A stretch of 32,000 bases of DNA. Source: Collimonas sp. OK242. GTDB taxonomy: Bacteria; Pseudomonadota; Gammaproteobacteria; Burkholderiales; Burkholderiaceae_D. The DNA is taken from contig NZ_FNOR01000019.1 in NCBI RefSeq assembly GCF_900107095.1, positions 1 to 32,000 of the forward strand, read 5' to 3'. Position numbers and translations under genes: made by a program. Numbering within the stretch: position 1 is the first letter of the stretch; each line of letters starts with the position of its first letter. Positions 28,420 to 32,000 of the stretch are shown one piece after another. The notes beneath the pieces are model-generated. The model worked only from the letters and a program-made list of their open reading frames with translations. It made no database searches and was not told the origin of the DNA.

Positions 28420-28491
28420 TTTGTCGCGGCAGGGCGGTGCGCCACATGGTGGCCCGCAGCTCTGCCGCACAATTAATAAAAAGGTATAGCC

Positions 28492-29205
28492 ATGTCATCA
28501 CGTACTTTGAAATTCAAAATCTACCGTTACGATCCCGATAAGGATGCCAAGCCTTATATGCAGGACCTGACGGTGGAACTGCTGCCGACCGACAAGATGC
28601 TGCTGGATGCCCTGCAGCGTATCAAGGCCGACGTCGACGATTCGCTGGCGCTGCGCCGCTCCTGCCGCGAAGGCGTGTGCGGTTCCGACGCCATGAACAT
28701 CAACGGCAAGAACGGTCTGGCTTGCACCACCAATCTGAACGAGCTGAGCGAGCCTATCATCCTGAAGCCGTTGCCAGGCCTGCCGGTGATCCGCGATCTG
28801 ATCGTCGACATGACGCAATTCTTCAAGCAATACGATTCGATCAAGCCGTTCCTGATCAACGACAGCATTCCGCCGGAAAAAGAGCGTCTGCAGTCGCCGG
28901 AACAGCGCGAAGAGCTGGATGGCCTGTACGAGTGCATCCTGTGCGCATGCTGCTCGACTTCCTGCCCGTCGTTCTGGTGGAATCCGGACAAGTTCGTCGG
29001 CCCGGCCGGCTTGCTGCAAGCCTACCGCTTCATCGCCGACAGCCGCGACGAAGCCACCGGCGCCCGCCTGGATAATCTGGAAGATCCGTATCGCCTGTTC
29101 CGTTGCCGTTCGATCATGAACTGCGTCGATGTCTGTCCGAAGGGCTTGAATCCTAACGCAGCGATCGGCAAGATCAAAGAGTTGATGGTCCGTCGCGCTG
29201 TATAA
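28492..29205 (+). CDS. sdhB: Succinate dehydrogenase iron-sulfur subunit
   Basis: Three Cys clusters: CREGVCGSDAMNINGKNGLAC, CILCACCSTSCP and CRSIMNCVDVCP. Confidence 0.95.
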   Translation: MSSRTLKFKIYRYDPDKDAKPYMQDLTVELLPTDKMLLDALQRIKADVDDSLALRRSCREGVCGSDAMNINGKNGLACTTNLNELSEPIILKPLPGLPVIRDLIVDMTQFFKQYDSIKPFLINDSIPPEKERLQSPEQREELDGLYECILCACCSTSCPSFWWNPDKFVGPAGLLQAYRFIADSRDEATGARLDNLEDPYRLFRCRSIMNCVDVCPKGLNPNAAIGKIKELMVRRAV

Positions 29206-29214
29206 GAGAGTAAG

Positions 29215-29254
29215 CAGGGCGGCGGAGCTTCCGAGTCTTCCCGCCCTGGTTTTT
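29215..29254 (+). terminator. Hairpin CAGGGCGG...CCGCCCTG plus GTTTTT after sdhB (terminator/attenuator)
   Basis: An 8-bp stem (29215-29222 / 29241-29248) followed by a T-run. Confidence 0.5.
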
Positions 29255-29320
29255 GCAACAGTTTTAGAACTGTTCGTCGAAAGCGCCGAACGGCGATATC
29301 AAATAGAATAAGTGGTTTCC

Positions 29321-29590
29321 ATGCCTATCATCCATCAAGCCGATCCAGCTAACCGAGCCCGCCTGCGCTGGCGTGCGCGACGCGGCCTGCTTGAAAACGA
29401 TCTGATACTGACCCGTTTCCTGGATGCAAACGAGGTCAGCATGACGGACGACGACGTCGACGCTTTTTCGCGCCTGATGGAACTGTCCGACATTGAACTA
29501 ATGGATTTGCTGCTGGTCCGTAAAGAACCGGACGGCCTGCTGGATTTGCCGCAAGTGCATGCACTGTTAGCCAGAATACGCACTGCTTAA
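29321..29590 (+). CDS. sdhE: FAD assembly factor SdhE (SDHAF2/YgfY, DUF339)
   Basis: [22 protein letters not shown]...[16 protein letters not shown] is the SdhE signature, and the gene sits between sdhB and gltA. Confidence 0.8.
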   Translation: MPIIHQADPANRARLRWRARRGLLENDLILTRFLDANEVSMTDDDVDAFSRLMELSDIELMDLLLVRKEPDGLLDLPQVHALLARIRTA

Positions 29591-29679
29591 GCCCGTATCT
29601 TCGCCGGCGGCGACGGCCGCTGAAGATGCCGATCGGCTTGCGGGCGCATCTTTTGTTTTTTTTGATTGAGGGAAGAGCC

Positions 29680-30984
29680 ATGACCACCGCTGATACAAAA
29701 GCCACGCTATCGTTTTCCGATGGCAGTCCATCCGTAGAGTTTCCTATTTACAAGGGCACCGTCGGCCCGGAAGTTATCGATATCCGCAAGCTGTACGGCG
29801 CTACCGGCAAGTTCACTTACGACCCCGGTTTCATGTCGACGGCGGCATGCAATTCGTCGATCACCTATATCGATGGCGACAAGGGCGAATTGCTGTATCG
29901 CGGCTATCCGATCGAGCAACTGGCGGTCAATTGCGACTTCCTGGAAACCTGCTACCTGTTGCTGAACGGCGAACTGCCGACTGCAAAGGAAAAGGAAAAA
30001 TTCGACGCCACCGTGACCCAGCACACCATGGTGCACGAGCAGATGCAATTCTTCTTCCGCGGCTTCCGCCGCGATGCACATCCGATGGCTGTGCTGGTTG
30101 GTACCGTCGGCGCCTTGTCGTCGTTCTACCATGACTCGCTCGATATCACCAATGAGCACCATCGCGAAGTGTCCGCGATCCGCCTGATCGCCAAATTGCC
30201 GACCCTGGTCGCCATGGCGTACAAGTACACAGTCGGCCAGCCTTTCGTCTATCCGCGTAACGACCTGTCGTACAGCGCGAACTTCATGCACATGATGTTT
30301 TCCACGCCGTGCGAAGAGTACAAGGTCAACGACGTGCTGGTGCGCGCACTGGACCGTATCCTGACCTTGCATGCCGACCACGAGCAGAACGCTTCGACTT
30401 CGACCGTACGCTTGGCCGGTTCCAGCGGCGCCAATCCGTTTGCCTGTATCGCTGCCGGTATCGCTTGCCTGTGGGGCCCTGCGCATGGCGGCGCCAACGA
30501 AGCCGCACTGAACATGCTCAAGGAAATCGGTTCGGTCGACAAGATCCCTGAGTTCATCGCCAAAGTGAAAGACAAGAACTCCGGCGTCAAGCTGATGGGC
30601 TTCGGTCATCGCGTCTACAAGAACTTCGATCCGCGCGCCAAGCTGATGCGCGAAACCTGCTACGAAGTGCTGAACGAACTCGGCCTGCATGACGACCCGT
30701 TGTTCAAGCTGGCGATGGCCTTGGAAAAAGTGGCGTTGGAAGACGAATACTTCGTTTCCCGCAAACTGTATCCGAACGTCGACTTCTACTCCGGCATCGT
30801 GCAGTCGGCGCTGGGCATCCCGGTATCGCTGTTCACCGGCATCTTTGCCATGGCGCGTACAGTCGGCTGGATCGCGCAATGGAACGAAATGATTTCCGAT
30901 CCTGAGCAAAAGATCGGCCGCCCGCGCCAGCTGTTCGTCGGTTCGCCGACCCGTGACGTGCCGGCAATCGCCAAGCGCGGCTAA
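29680..30984 (+). CDS. gltA: Type II citrate synthase (434 aa)
   Basis: [42 protein letters not shown] and [13 protein letters not shown] motifs. The ATG at 29680 is preceded by GAGGGAAG. Confidence 0.95.
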   Translation: MTTADTKATLSFSDGSPSVEFPIYKGTVGPEVIDIRKLYGATGKFTYDPGFMSTAACNSSITYIDGDKGELLYRGYPIEQLAVNCDFLETCYLLLNGELPTAKEKEKFDATVTQHTMVHEQMQFFFRGFRRDAHPMAVLVGTVGALSSFYHDSLDITNEHHREVSAIRLIAKLPTLVAMAYKYTVGQPFVYPRNDLSYSANFMHMMFSTPCEEYKVNDVLVRALDRILTLHADHEQNASTSTVRLAGSSGANPFACIAAGIACLWGPAHGGANEAALNMLKEIGSVDKIPEFIAKVKDKNSGVKLMGFGHRVYKNFDPRAKLMRETCYEVLNELGLHDDPLFKLAMALEKVALEDEYFVSRKLYPNVDFYSGIVQSALGIPVSLFTGIFAMARTVGWIAQWNEMISDPEQKIGRPRQLFVGSPTRDVPAIAKRG

Positions 30985-31023
30985 AAAGGGCGCGAGCAGG
31001 CAATAGCAACACAAGCAACACAA

Positions 31024-31057
31024 AAACAGCGAATCCAAGGATTCGCTGTTTGCATTT
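31024..31057 (+). terminator. Rho-independent terminator after gltA (AAACAGCGAATCC-AA-GGATTCGCTGTTT, then GCATTTC)
   Basis: A ~12-bp stem with a U-rich tail, read directly from the sequence. Confidence 0.75.
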
Positions 31058-31179
31058 CTGCAGGTTATGCTATGCTCTCAATCTGTGCCGATTTGTACCG
31101 TCACAGCATAGTAAAAGCATGTGATGAGCATGTTTTGAAGGGCAGGCGTAAAGAAGTACCCGAATTGAAATTGTAGTAA

Positions 31180-31288
31180 TAGAGCCCTTCCCCACAACTT
31201 GATGTGCAATCCGCTAACCGGTCAGGCCGTGTCGCGGAAGGTTATGTTAACCCGCTAATCTCGCGAAACGCGAAGAAAGGTGAGCAAG
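31180..31288 (+). ncRNA. Structured sucA 5' leader; candidate sucA RNA motif (Burkholderiales cis-regulatory element)
   Basis: Nested pairings CCTTCC/GGAAGG and TCCGC/GCGGA, a TCGCG-AAA-CGCGA hairpin just 5' of the SD (AAAGGTGAG), and a duplicated CCGCTAA. The position upstream of sucA matches the published motif context. No covariance model was run. Confidence 0.35.
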
Positions 31289-32000
31289 ATGATGCAACAA
31301 TACCGCTCTAATTCTTATCTCTTCGGAGGTAATGCACCGTACATTGAAGAGCTGTACGAGTCTTACCTCGACAATCCCGGTTCAGTTGCCGATAACTGGC
31401 GTGCTTATTTTGACGCCATGCAACATGTGCCTGCCGTCGACGGCACCGACAAGCCTGACGTAGGCCACGCCTCTGTCATCGCCTCGTTTGCCGAGCGCGC
31501 CAAACATGGTCCGATCCGCACTATCTCCGCTTCGGCAGATGCTGAAATGGGACGCAAGCGTGTTGCTGCAACGCAACTTATCGCCGCCTACCGTTATCTG
31601 GGTTCACGCTGGGCCAATCTGGACCCGCTGCAACGCCAGGAACGTTCCGTATTGCCTGAACTGGAACCAAGCTTCTACGGTTTCACCGATGCCGACATGG
31701 ACATCGTGTTCAACATCAGCAATACCTACTTCGGTACTGAAACTGCTACGCTGCGCGACCTGCTGAATTCGCTGCGCGATACGTATTGCCGTTCTATCGG
31801 CACCGAGTACATGTACATCAGCGACCCGACTGAAAAACGCTGGATGCAGGAGCGCCTGGAGTCGACGCGTTCGGCGCCGGTGTTCACCGCAGAAAAGAAA
31901 AAACACATCCTCGACCGCCTGACCGCGGCTGAAGGACTGGAGCGCTACCTGCACACCCGTTACGTCGGTCAAAAGCGTTTCTCGCTGGAAGGCGGCGAAA
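31289..32000 (+). CDS. sucA: 2-oxoglutarate dehydrogenase E1 component, N-terminal 237 aa (continues beyond the window)
   Basis: MMQQYRSNSYLFGGNAPYIEELYESYLDNPGSV...LIAAYRYLGSRWANLDPL...IGTEYMYISDPTEKRW is the canonical SucA N-terminus. It is absent from the ORF track because no stop falls within the window. Confidence 0.95.
   Translation, partial: MMQQYRSNSYLFGGNAPYIEELYESYLDNPGSVADNWRAYFDAMQHVPAVDGTDKPDVGHASVIASFAERAKHGPIRTISASADAEMGRKRVAATQLIAAYRYLGSRWANLDPLQRQERSVLPELEPSFYGFTDADMDIVFNISNTYFGTETATLRDLLNSLRDTYCRSIGTEYMYISDPTEKRWMQERLESTRSAPVFTAEKKKHILDRLTAAEGLERYLHTRYVGQKRFSLEGGE

Noticed and set aside
26536-28470. 644-aa minus-strand ORF opposite sdhA
   Set aside because: It is an antisense artefact of GC3-rich coding sequence. 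The plus strand encodes canonical SdhA with its FAD-binding motifs.
29707-31038. 443-aa minus-strand ORF opposite gltA
   Set aside because: It is an antisense shadow ORF. The plus strand encodes canonical citrate synthase.

Overview
The window looks betaproteobacterial. Gene order (mdh, gntR, sdhCDAB, sdhE, gltA, sucA), a monomeric IDH and high-50s %GC flanks suggest Burkholderiales/Oxalobacteraceae; this is inference, not a database hit. It has two parts. (A) A housekeeping TCA-cycle backbone: an IS3 transposase remnant, icd (monomeric NADP-IDH), and after the island tRNA-Pro(GGG), an M14 carboxypeptidase, a pirin/LysR divergent pair, a DUF2863-like gene, acnA, an MliC-like secreted protein, a CitE-like aldolase, mdh, a GntR/HutC regulator, sdhCDAB, sdhE, gltA and the 5' part of sucA. 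(B) An ~11 kb accessory island (~2.95-13.96 kb) between icd and the 3' side of tRNA-Pro. By eye it is clearly more AT-rich than the flanks (not computed). The island holds only conflict-type or unknown genes. These are a SymE-like toxin, a very acidic 95-aa protein, and a tightly coupled three-gene operon of higB, a higA fused to an ImmA/IrrE (M78) peptidase, and a 375-aa Beta-protein-like gene. It also holds a small serine recombinase flanked by short repeats, an ApeA-like HEPN protein, and a Zn-ribbon/DUF4145 gene paired with a membrane-anchored helical protein. A near-consensus LexA box sits inside a good sigma70 promoter that drives a 44-aa ORF, followed by a two-gene membrane-protein cassette. 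The best candidates for an undescribed system are the HigB/HigA-peptidase/Beta-like operon, the DUF4145+TM pair, the SOS-controlled micro-ORF and the membrane pair. No CRISPR array, rRNA or tyrosine integrase was seen. All family assignments come from motif recognition by eye and need HMM or structure searches.
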